DNA of 64,000 bases from an uncultured delta proteobacterium (GCA_963765675.1 CAVXXK010000006.1:224001-288000); one strand, 5' to 3'; positions 9,624 to 20,050 are shown, counted from the first letter of the stretch. A program made the numbers and translations. Notes: generated by a model from the sequence alone, not told the origin.

Positions 9624-10859
9624 GTGGCTGCTTCCGTCTTCAGGTGTGATGTTCTTATCGCGGGCTCGGGCCCCGCCGGTCTCGCCGCCGCTCTCTACCT
9701 GATACGCGCGCGGCCAGAGCTGGCAGGCCGCGTGATCGCGCTCGAAAAATCCGCACATCCGCGCTTCAAGACCTGCGCCGGCGGTCTCATTCCCAAAACG
9801 ATTCTCGCGCTCGAAGAACTCGGCATCCCGCTCGACGTTCCCGCGTGCACCGTGATGCGCGGTGAGGCGCGCACTCCGGTCGGCCCCGTCATCCTCGATC
9901 GCGGGGAGCCGCTATGCACGATCATCCGGCGCGACGAGTTCGATGCACACCTCGCGCGCGCCGCAATCGCTGCCGGACTCGGACTGGCGGAAAACACGCG
10001 TGTGCTGACCGTCACCCAGAATGCCGAGCGCGTTCGGGTCGAAACCGATCGCGGAGCTTTCGAGGCCAAAGTCCTTGTCGGCGCCGACGGATCTGGCAGC
10101 CGGGTGCGCGCCGCTATCTTCGGAGCGGGCAAGGAATCGATAGGCCGCGCCCTGATGGCGGATATCCCCGCCGATCCATCCCGCGCGGTCGAGTTCGCCG
10201 AGAATCGCTATCGCTTCGACTTCCGATGCGTCAGCGCGGGAATTCCGGGCTACGCATGGTCGTTCCCATGCCGGATCGACGGTAATCCGCATCTGAACGT
10301 GGGCATCTACGATCAACATCCGCGCGCGTCGGGCGCGGCCGGAGGCGAGCAGGCGCAGATGCTGACGGAACTGCGCGCCGCTTTTCCGGAGCTACCGCTG
10401 GCGGCGCTCGAGAATCGCACGCAGGCGTTTCGCGCCTTTCCGATAAGGTGGTTCGACGCGCGCGACCGTTACGTAAATGGCCGTGTGATTCTTGCGGGCG
10501 ACGCCGCCGGAGTCGATCCGCTGATGGGCGAGGGGATCTCGTGCGCGTTCGAGCACGGCAAGCTCGCCGCCGATGCGATCGTGCAGTTTCTCGGCGGTGA
10601 TTCGCGCGCGCTCGCCAAGTACGATCGCGCGCTGCATCGCGGCGCGGTCGGCCGCAAGCTCGGCAAACTCGTCTTCGCCGCGCGCCATTTCTACGGACCG
10701 CGTCATCGAATGTACTTCCGCATGGCGCGGATGAGCGCCCGCGCCCGCGATATCGGCGTCGATTGGTACAACGGAGCGCATCACACCGACGAGCTCCCGA
10801 CCCGCACTCTGGTCGCGCGATGGCTCCGCGAGATTCTATTCGGCGCGTCGGTCGGATAA
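9624..10859 (+). CDS. Geranylgeranyl-reductase-family FAD-dependent oxidoreductase
   Basis: GSGPAG, KTCAGG, RRDEFD, GADGSGS, GYAWSFP, GDAAGVDPLMGEGI. Confidence 0.88.
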   Translation: MAASVFRCDVLIAGSGPAGLAAALYLIRARPELAGRVIALEKSAHPRFKTCAGGLIPKTILALEELGIPLDVPACTVMRGEARTPVGPVILDRGEPLCTIIRRDEFDAHLARAAIAAGLGLAENTRVLTVTQNAERVRVETDRGAFEAKVLVGADGSGSRVRAAIFGAGKESIGRALMADIPADPSRAVEFAENRYRFDFRCVSAGIPGYAWSFPCRIDGNPHLNVGIYDQHPRASGAAGGEQAQMLTELRAAFPELPLAALENRTQAFRAFPIRWFDARDRYVNGRVILAGDAAGVDPLMGEGISCAFEHGKLAADAIVQFLGGDSRALAKYDRALHRGAVGRKLGKLVFAARHFYGPRHRMYFRMARMSARARDIGVDWYNGAHHTDELPTRTLVARWLREILFGASVG

Positions 10860-10868
10860 ATTTGTGAG

Positions 10869-11111
10869 TTGATGGCGAAGAAGAGAAAGAAGCGGCGCGG
10901 ACGCGGACCTGGCATTTTGTTGCTGATTGCGATCGTGGTTCTGATTGCGGGGTTCGTGGTGCGCCGCACGCTGATGCCCAAAGCGATTCATTACCTCGCC
11001 TATCGTCCGCCTGATAATCCCACGATTGCGCCGGCCGCGATGCCGAGCGAAGATCTATCCGCGAGCGACCGCAAGCAGCTCGACGACACGCTCAAGAGCA
11101 AGGCCCGGTAG
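10869..11111 (+). CDS. Small single-pass membrane protein
   Basis: Basic N-terminus plus one hydrophobic helix; tightly packed in operon. Confidence 0.7.
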   Translation: MMAKKRKKRRGRGPGILLLIAIVVLIAGFVVRRTLMPKAIHYLAYRPPDNPTIAPAAMPSEDLSASDRKQLDDTLKSKAR

Positions 11112-11119
11112 CCGCCGCG

Positions 11120-12031
11120 ATGCCGCAGACTCAGATCGTTGACGACCTTGGCTTCCGCGTCGAGCTCCAGGCTCCTCCGCGCCGGATTATTTCGTTGGTG
11201 CCGAGTTGGACCGAGACGCTGTTCGCGCTCGGGATAGGCGACCGCGTGGTCGGCGTGACCAAGTTCTGCGTGTCACCCGAGAAAGAGGTTGCGCCGATCA
11301 CGAAAATCGGCGGCACCAAGAATCCCGACCTGCGCGCGATCACGAATCTGCATCCCGATTTGATCATCGCCAACGCCGAGGAGAACCGGCGCGAGGACGT
11401 CGAACGGATGCGGGCGCAGGGAATCGCGGTTCTGACGACTTATCCGCGCACCGTGCCGGCGGCGGTCGAGTCGCTGCTGAAAATCGGCCGCGCAACTGGA
11501 TGCGAGGCCGAAGCCGGCACGCTCGCCCGCGAAATAACTCTGACCGTCAGCGAAATCGAAGCCACCATGGGAGTATGGGCCAAGCTCCGCCTGCGCGTCT
11601 TCTGTCCGATTTGGAAAAAACCCTGGATGGCGTTCAACGCCGACACTTATGCGCACGACGTGTTGCGGATGCTCGGCTACAATAACATTTACGCTTCCGC
11701 CGGAGAGCGCTATCCGATGACCACGCTCGAAGCCGCGCTCGATCTGCGCCCCGATATCGTTTTGCTGCCCGACGAGCCATACGAATTCGCCGAGAGCGAC
11801 GTCGAAGAACTCCGCGCGACGCTCCCGCCCGGCCTCTCGCGCCGTGTGCTGATAGTCAGCGGCCGCGACCTGCATTGGTACGGCGTCCACATGGTCGAAG
11901 GCCTCAAGTCCTTAGCCGCTCCGCTTGGCGAGGGTCCGCGCGGCAGTGCTGTAAAAAATCAACCGGCCACGAAGACACAAAGACACAAGGAAAAAAATCA
12001 GAGGACTTTCCTGTGGGAAAGTCCTCCTTAG
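11120..12031 (+). CDS. Helical-backbone metal/cobalamin-binding protein (BtuF-like)
   Basis: RIISLVPSWTETL, VGVTKFC, GGTKNP, EENRRED, LLPDEPYEF, WYG. The C-terminus runs into a repeat; one extra C near 11921 probably hides the true end ...ARLARVRAAVL* at 11954. Confidence 0.85.
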   Translation: MPQTQIVDDLGFRVELQAPPRRIISLVPSWTETLFALGIGDRVVGVTKFCVSPEKEVAPITKIGGTKNPDLRAITNLHPDLIIANAEENRREDVERMRAQGIAVLTTYPRTVPAAVESLLKIGRATGCEAEAGTLAREITLTVSEIEATMGVWAKLRLRVFCPIWKKPWMAFNADTYAHDVLRMLGYNNIYASAGERYPMTTLEAALDLRPDIVLLPDEPYEFAESDVEELRATLPPGLSRRVLIVSGRDLHWYGVHMVEGLKSLAAPLGEGPRGSAVKNQPATKTQRHKEKNQRTFLWESPP

Positions 12032-12070
12032 TGTCTTCGTGTCTTAGTGGCCGCTTCGTGCTTTGGTGTT
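11964..12070. repeat. AAGACAC-type palindromic element, copy 1
   Basis: cggccacgaagacacaaagacacaagga ... tccttagtgtcttcgtgtcttagtggccg around central hairpin gaggactttcc/gggaaagtcctc. Confidence 0.8.
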
Positions 12071-12117
12071 TTGATTGGTTTGCGCCGATCACCCGAACGC
12101 ACTAAACCTTGTCCATT

Positions 12118-13327
12118 ATGGCTGCATCTCCGCCGCTCACTGGAATAAAGGTTCTCGATCTGACTAAGCTCGCGCCCGGGCCGTTCTGTACGATGATCCT
12201 GGGCGACCTTGGCGCCGACATAGTCAAAATCGAAGAGCCGGGCGCTCCTACCGGACGCCGCGCGCAGCAGGCGGGCAAGGCCGGTTCGCAAGGATTGGCG
12301 GCGGCATTCGGCGGCTCGCCGTTCAACGCGCTCAATCGTAATAAAAAATCGATCGCGCTCAATCTCAAGAGCGGCCCCGGCAAAGAGGTCTTCCTGCGCC
12401 TGGCCCAACGCGCCGATATCGTCGTCGAGGAATACCGCCCCGGCGTCGCCGCGCGCCTTGGCATCAGCTATGACAAGCTCTCGGTGCGCAACCCGCGCCT
12501 CATTTATTGCTCGATCACCGGCTACGGGCAGGACGGCCCGTATCGCGATCTGGTCGGCCACGATCTGAATTACATTGCAACCGCCGGCGTGCTTTCGATT
12601 CTCGGACGGCCAGGCCAGCTCCCGACGATCCCGCACAACATCATCGCCGACTACGCCGGCGGCGGGATGCATGGGGCGATCGGAATTCTCGCCGCGTTGG
12701 TCGCGCGCACTCAAACCGGACGCGGGCAATACGTGGATATTTCGATGATGGACGGCGCGCTGGCCCTGATGGCGCAATCGTTCTCGACTTTCTTCGCGAC
12801 CGGCGCGGTCCCAAAGCGCGGCGAGACGATGCTCGACGGCGCGATCCCGAATTACAACGTGTACGAAACCAAAGACGCGTAAGATCATCACGATCGGATC
12901 GCTCGAACCGTGGTTCTTCGCCAACCTGTGCCGCGCGCTCGGCCGCGAAGATCTGATCGAGCACGAATTCAATCCTGATAAGCGCGCCGAGATTCAGAAG
13001 TTCTTCACCGATTCGTTCAAAACCAAAACCCGCGACGAATGGTTCGAGCTTTTGAGCAAGACCGATATCTGCGTCGGCAAAATGAATACGCTCGACGAGG
13101 TCGACAGCGATCCGCAGGTCCGCGCGCGCAAGATGATCGTCGAGCTCGATGCGCCCGGCGGCCAAAAGGTAAAGCAGGTCGGAATCTCGGTCAAGCTCTC
13201 CGAAACTCCCGGCTCGATCCGTACGCTCGCGCCCGCGCTCGGTCAGCATACCGACGAGGTGCTCACTGGCTTAGGGTACACGCTCGAACAAGTCGCCAAA
13301 TGGCGGGAGGAAGGCGCGGTAAAATAG
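12118..13327 (+). pseudogene. CaiB/BaiF (alpha-methylacyl-CoA racemase-like) class III CoA-transferase, split by a +1 frameshift near 12878
   Basis: LAPGPFC, LNRNKKSI, GHDLNY, ADYAGG in part 1. Removing one C at aaagacgcgtaag restores KDGKIITIGSLEPWFFANLC in frame with 13052..13327. May be an assembly error. Confidence 0.85.
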
Positions 13328-13328
13328 A

Positions 13329-13466
13329 AACGCCAAGGCGCCAACCGGCCACTAAGACACGAAGGCACCAAGAAGAACGCGCCGGCTCCCATAAAAGGGA
13401 TCCGGCGCTTCTGTTTCAGACCTTTCTTCTTAGTGTCTTAGTGGCCGTCCTTGGTGTCTTGGTGTT
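13329..13466. repeat. AAGACAC-type palindromic element, copy 2
   Basis: cggccactaagacacgaaggcaccaagaag ... cttcttagtgtcttagtggccg between convergent genes. Confidence 0.8.
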
Positions 13467-14421
13467 GATTCTCTTCTATCGCCCGCTTGCGCAGACCGAA
13501 CCATAGCGCGCTACCATGATCTGCACGCACCAGATGGTAGTGGCTGATGTCCCCCGGATCGTCGAGGCGCTGGCTCCTCAGCGTCGGCACGTCGCCCCAG
13601 CGGAAAACAGGATTGATGTCGAACCAAGCGAGTATCCGCGCGAGGATCGATCCGCCGAGCCATCGCGGTATGTATCCCTCGGAGTAGCGCAACCAGATCC
13701 AGGTCCCGTCTCGATCGATCGGCGTCGCGACGACGAGCAGATGGAATTTTTCCGCTTCTTCGATGCGCGCGATGCACGGCAGGCGCAACTCGGCGCGCAG
13801 GGGGTATTCGTAGTTGTACCAGCGCTTGCCGCCCTCGGGGCTGAGCGTGCCAGAGATTTTCACGATCTCATCTTCGATGTGCGCGTTGAAGTCCGTAAGC
13901 CGCGTGCCGGCGCCCGGAAGCCATCGCCGATGCACGAATGGGAAATGGAAGAAGTCGCCCATGTTCTCCATCACGCGCAGATAGGACACATCGATCTCGA
14001 AGGAACTCATGAATTTCGAGCCGTTCTCCCACACCGCCGGTTCCAGCCACGGAATCTCCGCAGATGCCTCCGCGCGATCGCCGAACCACATCCAAACGAT
14101 GCCGTACTCCTCTCGGAGCAAAACAGAATGTGCCTCGAATCCGACCGGAATCGGCGCCTCGGCGCCGTTGACCGGGATCAGCACACATTCTCCGCGCGGG
14201 TTCCATCGAAATCCGTGGTACGGACACTGGATACATCCTTCCCGAACTTTTCCGCGCGAAAGGCTCGCAGAGCGATGCGGGCAGCGGTCGGGCAGGGCGG
14301 CGGCGCCTCCGTCGAGACCACGCCACAACACCAGGTCCTGCCCGAGGCGTCGGATACCCACAGGGTGTCGCGCGCCGAGTTGCGAGCTTTGGTAAATCGG
14401 GTACCACTGGTTTGGAATCAT
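13438..14421 (-). CDS. Rieske non-heme iron oxygenase alpha subunit (VanA-like)
   Basis: CPH...CPYH Rieske ligands; ENMGDFFHFPFVH mononuclear Fe motif. Confidence 0.92.
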   Translation of the reverse strand: MIPNQWYPIYQSSQLGARHPVGIRRLGQDLVLWRGLDGGAAALPDRCPHRSASLSRGKVREGCIQCPYHGFRWNPRGECVLIPVNGAEAPIPVGFEAHSVLLREEYGIVWMWFGDRAEASAEIPWLEPAVWENGSKFMSSFEIDVSYLRVMENMGDFFHFPFVHRRWLPGAGTRLTDFNAHIEDEIVKISGTLSPEGGKRWYNYEYPLRAELRLPCIARIEEAEKFHLLVVATPIDRDGTWIWLRYSEGYIPRWLGGSILARILAWFDINPVFRWGDVPTLRSQRLDDPGDISHYHLVRADHGSALWFGLRKRAIEENQHQDTKDGH

Positions 14422-14425
14422 CGAT

Positions 14426-15085
14426 TCACCCTTTTCTCGTAGCGCCGCCGGCCGTGATGATAATGCCGTTACAGGCAATCTCGATGCCGCGATGAATTTC
14501 CTCGCGCGCCATCGCCGGCGTCACTGCCTCGTTGAGCATCCACGCGTTTATCCACGTGAGCGCGATCGCGTAAACCACCGTCGCCGCGCGCATCGCGTCG
14601 ATCCCTGACGCGATCGCTCTGCGCGTTTTGAGTTTCTCGATCAATTCCGCCAGGACAGCGACCAACCGTACGTCCAACTCGAACAGGCGCTGCCCGATCC
14701 GCGCCGGCTCCGCGATCGCAGCTGCAAGCAATTCACGCCAGAGAACGCGGTCGTCGCTCATGAAGCCTTCGAACCAGATATCGATCATCGCGATAATCGC
14801 GGCGATAGGTTTGGCGGGCGGCGAAGTGAGGACTGAGCGGGCGCTTGCGACCATTTCTTCGGTCTCCCGCCGCACGATTGCGAGCAGTAGGTCGGGTTTC
14901 GAGGAGAAGTAGTTATAAATCGTACCGACCGCCAGCCCCGCTTTTGCCGCTACGTCTTCCATAGCGGTCGAGGAGTACCCGCCGCGGACGAACAAGCTTG
15001 TCGCGGCGCGAACGATACGCCGTTCCCGCGCAATCTTCTGCCGGTCGCGCAATCCGCGCGGCCGCAACGCCAAAGATGAAGCCAT
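14426..15085 (-). CDS. TetR/AcrR family regulator
   Basis: AATSLFVRGGYSSTAMEDVAAKAGLAVGTIYNYFSSKPDLL HTH. Confidence 0.94.
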   Translation of the reverse strand: MASSLALRPRGLRDRQKIARERRIVRAATSLFVRGGYSSTAMEDVAAKAGLAVGTIYNYFSSKPDLLLAIVRRETEEMVASARSVLTSPPAKPIAAIIAMIDIWFEGFMSDDRVLWRELLAAAIAEPARIGQRLFELDVRLVAVLAELIEKLKTRRAIASGIDAMRAATVVYAIALTWINAWMLNEAVTPAMAREEIHRGIEIACNGIIITAGGATRKG

Positions 15086-15143
15086 TCAGGTTTTATTAAC
15101 CCACCGCGGGCGAGTTAAGTCAAGAAACCTGAAGCGATTCACT
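15076..15143. promoter_or_regulatory. Two TGAA-N4-TTCA palindromes flanking the tetR promoter: putative TetR operators
   Basis: tgaagccattca and tgaagcgattca; minus-strand TTGACT-N17-GTTAAT between them. Confidence 0.5.
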
Positions 15144-15507
15144 TTTGTTGTAGGGAACCGCCGCGCCTAACGCACGTTAGGTTTTTTGCCAGATTTGTTC
15201 ATGGCTGAACTGTTCAGCCTTATCCACGCGCGCCGTCCATGCGATAATCGTCGCGATTGGCCGGGCGGGTGATTGGCCTCCGCCACGGCACTCAGCGTGG
15301 GCCGGAACTTCTGCCATCGGTCGAATGACGAATGACAGTTCTGAAGTACACGGGTTTGACCGAGTCCTGGAGGGATCTGCCGTGGGTCAAAACGAACGCG
15401 CTTGTTTTTCGTAAAAGATCCGCGTGTTTGCTGGATAAGTTTCTGACAGCCCACCCAAATTTACCCAAACGAACCCACCACTTTTTTTGATTTCAGCGAT
15501 TCCAGTC

Positions 15508-15650
15508 GCCCAAGGAATCCAACCGAGCCGCCCTAAGACAGGAAGACACAAAGGAAGATCCCGCGAGAGCCGAAAGCCATTTTTCCGAACCAAATTCTTC
15601 TTCGCGCCTTCGTGTCTTAGTTGCCGCTTGCCGCCTTGGTGTTTATGTCT
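15508..15650. repeat. AAGACAC-type palindromic element, copy 3 (degenerate)
   Basis: ccctaagacaggaagacacaaagg ... gccttcgtgtcttagttgccg...ccttggtg. Confidence 0.7.
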
Positions 15651-15700
15651 TCCTCTTTCCCTCGATTGCCGACGCCGCCGCGCCCGCTTATCATTGCCGC

Positions 15701-17023
15701 ATGCCGCACAATCAAGTGATGTTCATTCGCGGACCGCATGAACCAATCGCGATCGACCACGCCGAGGGCTCATGGCTCTATACCACCGACGGCCGGAAGA
15801 TTCTCGACGGCGGCGCCGGCGCCGTGGTCGTAAATATCGGCCAGGGACGCGAGGAGATCGCCGAGATCGCGCGCCGCACGATCGCCAAGCTCGATTATAT
15901 CGTGCCGGTATGGACTTCGCCCGAGCGCGAGGCGCTGGTCGCGCGGCTCACGCGATGGACACCACCGGGGATGGACCGCTTCTACTTCACCAGCGGTGGT
16001 TCCGAGGCGGTCGAGGCCGCACTCAAGTTCGCGATCCTGCTGAACAAGGTTCGCGGCAAGGCCTCGAAGAAAAAGATCATCGGCCGCCAGTTCTCCTATC
16101 ACGGCAACACTCTGGCCGCGCTTTCGGTCGGTGGCAGCGGACGCCGAGCCGATTATGAGCACGTGCTGATCGATTGGCCGAAAATCCCGCCTTCGTATTG
16201 CTACCGATGCCCATGGGGCAAGACTTATCCTGCGTGCGATCTCGAATGCGCATCCGCGCTCGAGAAAGCAATCCTCGAAAACGGCGCCGATAATATCGCC
16301 GCGTTTATCGCCGAGCCGATGATGGGCTCGTCCGGGGGCGTGGTTCCTCCGGTCAAGGAATACTGGCCGAAGCTGCGCGAGATCTGCGACAAGTACGACG
16401 TCCTGCTAATCGCCGACGAAGTGATGACCGGCTTCGGACGCACCGGCCGCCGTTTCGCGGTCGAGCATTGGGGCGTCACGCCCGATATCCTGGTCGGCGG
16501 CAAAGGACTCACCGGCGGCTACATGCCGATGGGGATGATCGCGGTGCGCGGCGAGCTGGTCGAAGAGATCGAGCACGCGAAGGCCGACTTCATGTTCTAC
16601 ACCTACAGCTCGCATCCGGTCGCGTGCGCGATCGCCGACGGCGTCCTCGCGATCATGGAGCGAGAGCATCTGGTCGAGCGCTCGGCCGAGATGGGCGCGC
16701 GACTCGGAGCGCAGCTTCGCGAGGAATTGTCGGGGCACCCGATGGTCGGCGATATTCGCGGCAGCGGACTTTTCTGGGGCGTCGAGCTGGTGCACGACAA
16801 GGCCACGCGCACACCGTTCGCGCCGGACAAGAAGGTTACCAATCGGCTGCTCGGCGCCGCGGTTCGGCGCGGACTGTTTTTCTACCCGGCCTCCGGGATG
16901 GCGGGGAAGGCGGGCGGAGACGCGATGATGCTGACGCCGCCGTTTGTCATCAACGAGCAGGAAATGGAATTCCTGGTCCGCACCGCGCACGACGCGCTGG
17001 AAGAATTGAGGCCGCAGCTTTGA
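15701..17023 (+). CDS. Class III PLP aminotransferase
   Basis: SGGSEAVE, SYHGNT, FIAEP, ADEVMTGFGRTG, GGKGLTGGY. Confidence 0.94.
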   Translation: MPHNQVMFIRGPHEPIAIDHAEGSWLYTTDGRKILDGGAGAVVVNIGQGREEIAEIARRTIAKLDYIVPVWTSPEREALVARLTRWTPPGMDRFYFTSGGSEAVEAALKFAILLNKVRGKASKKKIIGRQFSYHGNTLAALSVGGSGRRADYEHVLIDWPKIPPSYCYRCPWGKTYPACDLECASALEKAILENGADNIAAFIAEPMMGSSGGVVPPVKEYWPKLREICDKYDVLLIADEVMTGFGRTGRRFAVEHWGVTPDILVGGKGLTGGYMPMGMIAVRGELVEEIEHAKADFMFYTYSSHPVACAIADGVLAIMEREHLVERSAEMGARLGAQLREELSGHPMVGDIRGSGLFWGVELVHDKATRTPFAPDKKVTNRLLGAAVRRGLFFYPASGMAGKAGGDAMMLTPPFVINEQEMEFLVRTAHDALEELRPQL

Positions 17024-17062
17024 TCGGCACGCCGCGAATTCCGTCGAGGGAGAAATTGCCGA

Positions 17063-17935
17063 ATGGCCGATAGCATCATCGGGCCCACCTCTCACTACTT
17101 TTACTCGCAGCGCCTGAAGTTGCACTACGTCGATTGGGGTAATGCCGACAAACCGCTGATGGTCCTGGTCCACGGCGGACGCGACCATTGCCGCAACTGG
17201 GATTGGGTCGCGCTCGATCTGCGCAGCCATTACCACGTGATCGCTCCCGACCTGCGCGGCCACGGCGATTCGGATTGGGCGATCGGCGGCAGCTACTCGA
17301 TGATCGATTACGTGCTTGATCTCGCGCAACTCATGCAGGCGGTCTCAACCGAGCCGGCCACTTTGATCGGCCACTCGCTCGGCGGCAATATCGTGCTGCA
17401 ATACACCGGCGTGTTTCATCGCGAGGTCAAGCAGGTCGTATCGATCGAAGGGATGGGACCGCCGCCGGGGATGATCAAGGAGACTCCCGCCTACGAGCGG
17501 ATGAAGAACTGGATCGCGCAGATGCGCGATCTGTCCAATCGCAAAGCGCGCGAGTACCCGAGCATCGCAGAGGCGCTGCGCCGGATGCGCGCGGCGAATC
17601 CTCATCTGAGCGAGGAGCAGGCGCGCCACCTGACCATCTGGGGCGTGCGCCGTAACGAGAACGGCACCTACTCGTGGAAGTTCGACAACTACGTTCACGC
17701 CACTTCGCCGTACATGTTCAATACTCGCGACGCGCGGCAAATCTGGGAGCGTATCACCTGCCCGACCTTCCTGATTCGCGGCTCGGAGTCGTGGGCCGGC
17801 GACTGGGTCAAGGACGGCCGCTTCGCCGCGTTCAAGAACGCGCAGACGGTCACGGTCGAGAAGGCCGGGCATTGGGTGCATCACGATCAGCTCGGAGAAT
17901 TCCTCACTCACGTGCATCGCTTTTTGGAGATATGA
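17063..17935 (+). CDS. Alpha/beta hydrolase
   Basis: VHGGRDH, DLRGHGDS, GHSLGG nucleophile elbow, AGHWVHHD. Confidence 0.93.
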   Translation: MADSIIGPTSHYFYSQRLKLHYVDWGNADKPLMVLVHGGRDHCRNWDWVALDLRSHYHVIAPDLRGHGDSDWAIGGSYSMIDYVLDLAQLMQAVSTEPATLIGHSLGGNIVLQYTGVFHREVKQVVSIEGMGPPPGMIKETPAYERMKNWIAQMRDLSNRKAREYPSIAEALRRMRAANPHLSEEQARHLTIWGVRRNENGTYSWKFDNYVHATSPYMFNTRDARQIWERITCPTFLIRGSESWAGDWVKDGRFAAFKNAQTVTVEKAGHWVHHDQLGEFLTHVHRFLEI

Positions 17936-17995
17936 TCCGGGCGTAACCGCGATCGTTGTGGACGAGCGGATTGCAAGAATGATGAGTGGAAGATC

Positions 17996-20050
17996 GTGAA
18001 GTCGCCGGATCTCGGGCTGCGCAGCGACCAGTTCGAGTACGTTCAACTGATCCTGCTGGCGGTGTTAGTCGGAGTTTTCGGGGCGCTCGGAAATCTCGGT
18101 TTCCGCGAGCTGATCGCGTTCTTCACCTGGCTATTCCGCGGTCTCGAATGGAATCTGCTCGGGATCAATCGCGGCGGAATTTTCCGCGCGCTGACGCCGA
18201 TCATCCTGCTCTCCGGCGGCGTCGCGATACTCGTGCTCGATCGCTTTTTTCCCGGCGATATTCTTGGCTACGGATTCCCAAATTTTCTCGAGCAGGTCAA
18301 TCTTGGCAGCGCGCGAATCAAGCGCCGATGGATCGTGCTCAAGGCTCTTGGCGCGTCGCTCTCGCTTGGCTCGGGCGCTTCGGTCGGACGCGAAGGCCCG
18401 ATCGCGCAAATCGGCGGCGCGATTGGCTCGGCCGTGGCGCAATTGCGCGGCCTCAGCTCCGACCGCGCCAAGGTGCTGGTCGCCGCCGGCGCGGGAGCCG
18501 GAATCGCGACCACTTTCAACGCTCCGATCGGCGGCCTGATGTTCGCGCTCGAAATTGTCCTCCTGGGCCAGACCGAGACCGCGAACCTCGCGCTGCTCAT
18601 CATCTCGACCTTCAGCGCGGTGGTGACTTCGCGCGCGATCCTCGGCAACGCCGCGGTCTTTCAGGTGCCCCAGTTCGATTTGAAAAGTTACTGGGAGATG
18701 CTGACCTACGCGTTGATGGGCGTGGCGTTGGGCGCTCTCGGCGCGAGCTATATTCGAGTGTTCAACGCGACTGGCGCGTATTTCCGGCGCATGGCTCTTC
18801 CAGCGTGGCAGAAGCTCGCCATCGGACTCTCGCTCGTCGGCGTGATCGCGATCTTCCTGCCCGCCAATCTCTCCGACGGATATCCGATCATCAACCGAGC
18901 GATGGCGGGCGAGTACGGCCTCGCGATGCTGCTGGCGTTGTGCGTCGCGAAGTACGTGGCGTCGAGCTTGTCGCTCGGCTCGGGCGCGCCCGGCGGAGTT
19001 TTCGGACCGATCTTTTTCATCGGTACGATGGCGGGGGGAGCGTTCCAGAGAATCTCGGCGCTCTTCATTCCGCATCTTACCGGGCCGCGCGGATCGTACG
19101 CGCTCGTCGGCTTGGGCGCTTTCCTGGCCGGCACCACGCACGCGCCGTTGACGGCGCTGTTTTTGCTCTTCGAGATGACCGGAGATTTTACGATTGCGTT
19201 GCCCGCGATGATCGCTGCGGTTACCGCGCTGGTGGTCTCGCGCGCAATCGAGTCCGAGTCGATCGATACTTACCGCCTCGCGCGCGAGGGCAAGACCCTG
19301 CAGATCTCGCAGGAGCGGCTCGCGCTTACGCATATACCCGTTAGCGCGGTGATGACCAAGGACGTAACCGTGGTGAGCGCGAACACGCGCCTGAACGATG
19401 TCCTGCACATAGCAGGACAGACCGCGCAGTCCACGCTTCCGGTCGTAAGCTCCGACGGCGAATTTGTCGGATTGATTGTGACTCGTGACCTGCTTGCGCT
19501 TTTAGGTGGCGGCGCAGAGCTCGGTCCACTGGTCAACGCATTCGATATCGCGCAGGTGAATTGTCCACATCTCACCGCTGATCAGAATCTGGATTTCGCG
19601 AGCCAGTTGATGGAGCAGGAGCGGCTCGACGAAATTCCCGTCGTCGAGAGAAGGGGCGGCGGACGCTTCCTCGGCCTGGTGACGCGCCAGCATATCGCGC
19701 AGGCGCTCAATCGGGTCTCGGTTTCGCTCTCGGCCTTGGCGACGCGCGATCAGAATATCTACTGGGCCACAGGCTATCGCGTCACGCGGCTCGAGGTTCC
19801 TGCCGCCGCCGATGGCACCACGGTCCGCGCCCTCGATACGCGCGCTCGCTTCGGTGTCACACTGCTGGCGCTGCAGAGCAGAGACGATCCGGACGCGGGG
19901 TTCGTGCCGGTGGCTCCCGACCGCCGCCTCAGGACTGGCGACCTGATCGTCGCAGCGGGACGTCCCGCCGACATCCGGCGCTTCGAGCGTGAGCTGGAGC
20001 TGCGCGTCTCGGCCTCCGCTCAGCCCGCGTCCGCGTCGGCAAAGACATAA
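17996..20050 (+). CDS. ClC family chloride channel/transporter with CBS pair and TrkA-C (RCK_C) domain
   Basis: GREGP, FNAPIGG, GVFGP, THAPLT; CBS domains; C-terminal RFGVTLLAL...LRTGDLIVAAG. Confidence 0.93.
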   Translation: MKSPDLGLRSDQFEYVQLILLAVLVGVFGALGNLGFRELIAFFTWLFRGLEWNLLGINRGGIFRALTPIILLSGGVAILVLDRFFPGDILGYGFPNFLEQVNLGSARIKRRWIVLKALGASLSLGSGASVGREGPIAQIGGAIGSAVAQLRGLSSDRAKVLVAAGAGAGIATTFNAPIGGLMFALEIVLLGQTETANLALLIISTFSAVVTSRAILGNAAVFQVPQFDLKSYWEMLTYALMGVALGALGASYIRVFNATGAYFRRMALPAWQKLAIGLSLVGVIAIFLPANLSDGYPIINRAMAGEYGLAMLLALCVAKYVASSLSLGSGAPGGVFGPIFFIGTMAGGAFQRISALFIPHLTGPRGSYALVGLGAFLAGTTHAPLTALFLLFEMTGDFTIALPAMIAAVTALVVSRAIESESIDTYRLAREGKTLQISQERLALTHIPVSAVMTKDVTVVSANTRLNDVLHIAGQTAQSTLPVVSSDGEFVGLIVTRDLLALLGGGAELGPLVNAFDIAQVNCPHLTADQNLDFASQLMEQERLDEIPVVERRGGGRFLGLVTRQHIAQALNRVSVSLSALATRDQNIYWATGYRVTRLEVPAAADGTTVRALDTRARFGVTLLALQSRDDPDAGFVPVAPDRRLRTGDLIVAAGRPADIRRFERELELRVSASAQPASASAKT

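Noticed and set aside
12870-12890. Stop-codon read-through or selenocysteine in the CoA-transferase
   Set aside because: The stop is TAA and the continuation is in another frame; a 1-nt insertion explains it
11964-15650. Possible CRISPR array from the recurring AAGACAC repeats
   Set aside because: Copies are inverted, degenerate and kilobases apart, with no regular spacers or cas genes
15167-15741. Short ORFs in the tetR-aminotransferase spacer
   Set aside because: No RBS or recognisable domain, and they overlap repeat-derived sequence; possibly a decayed remnant
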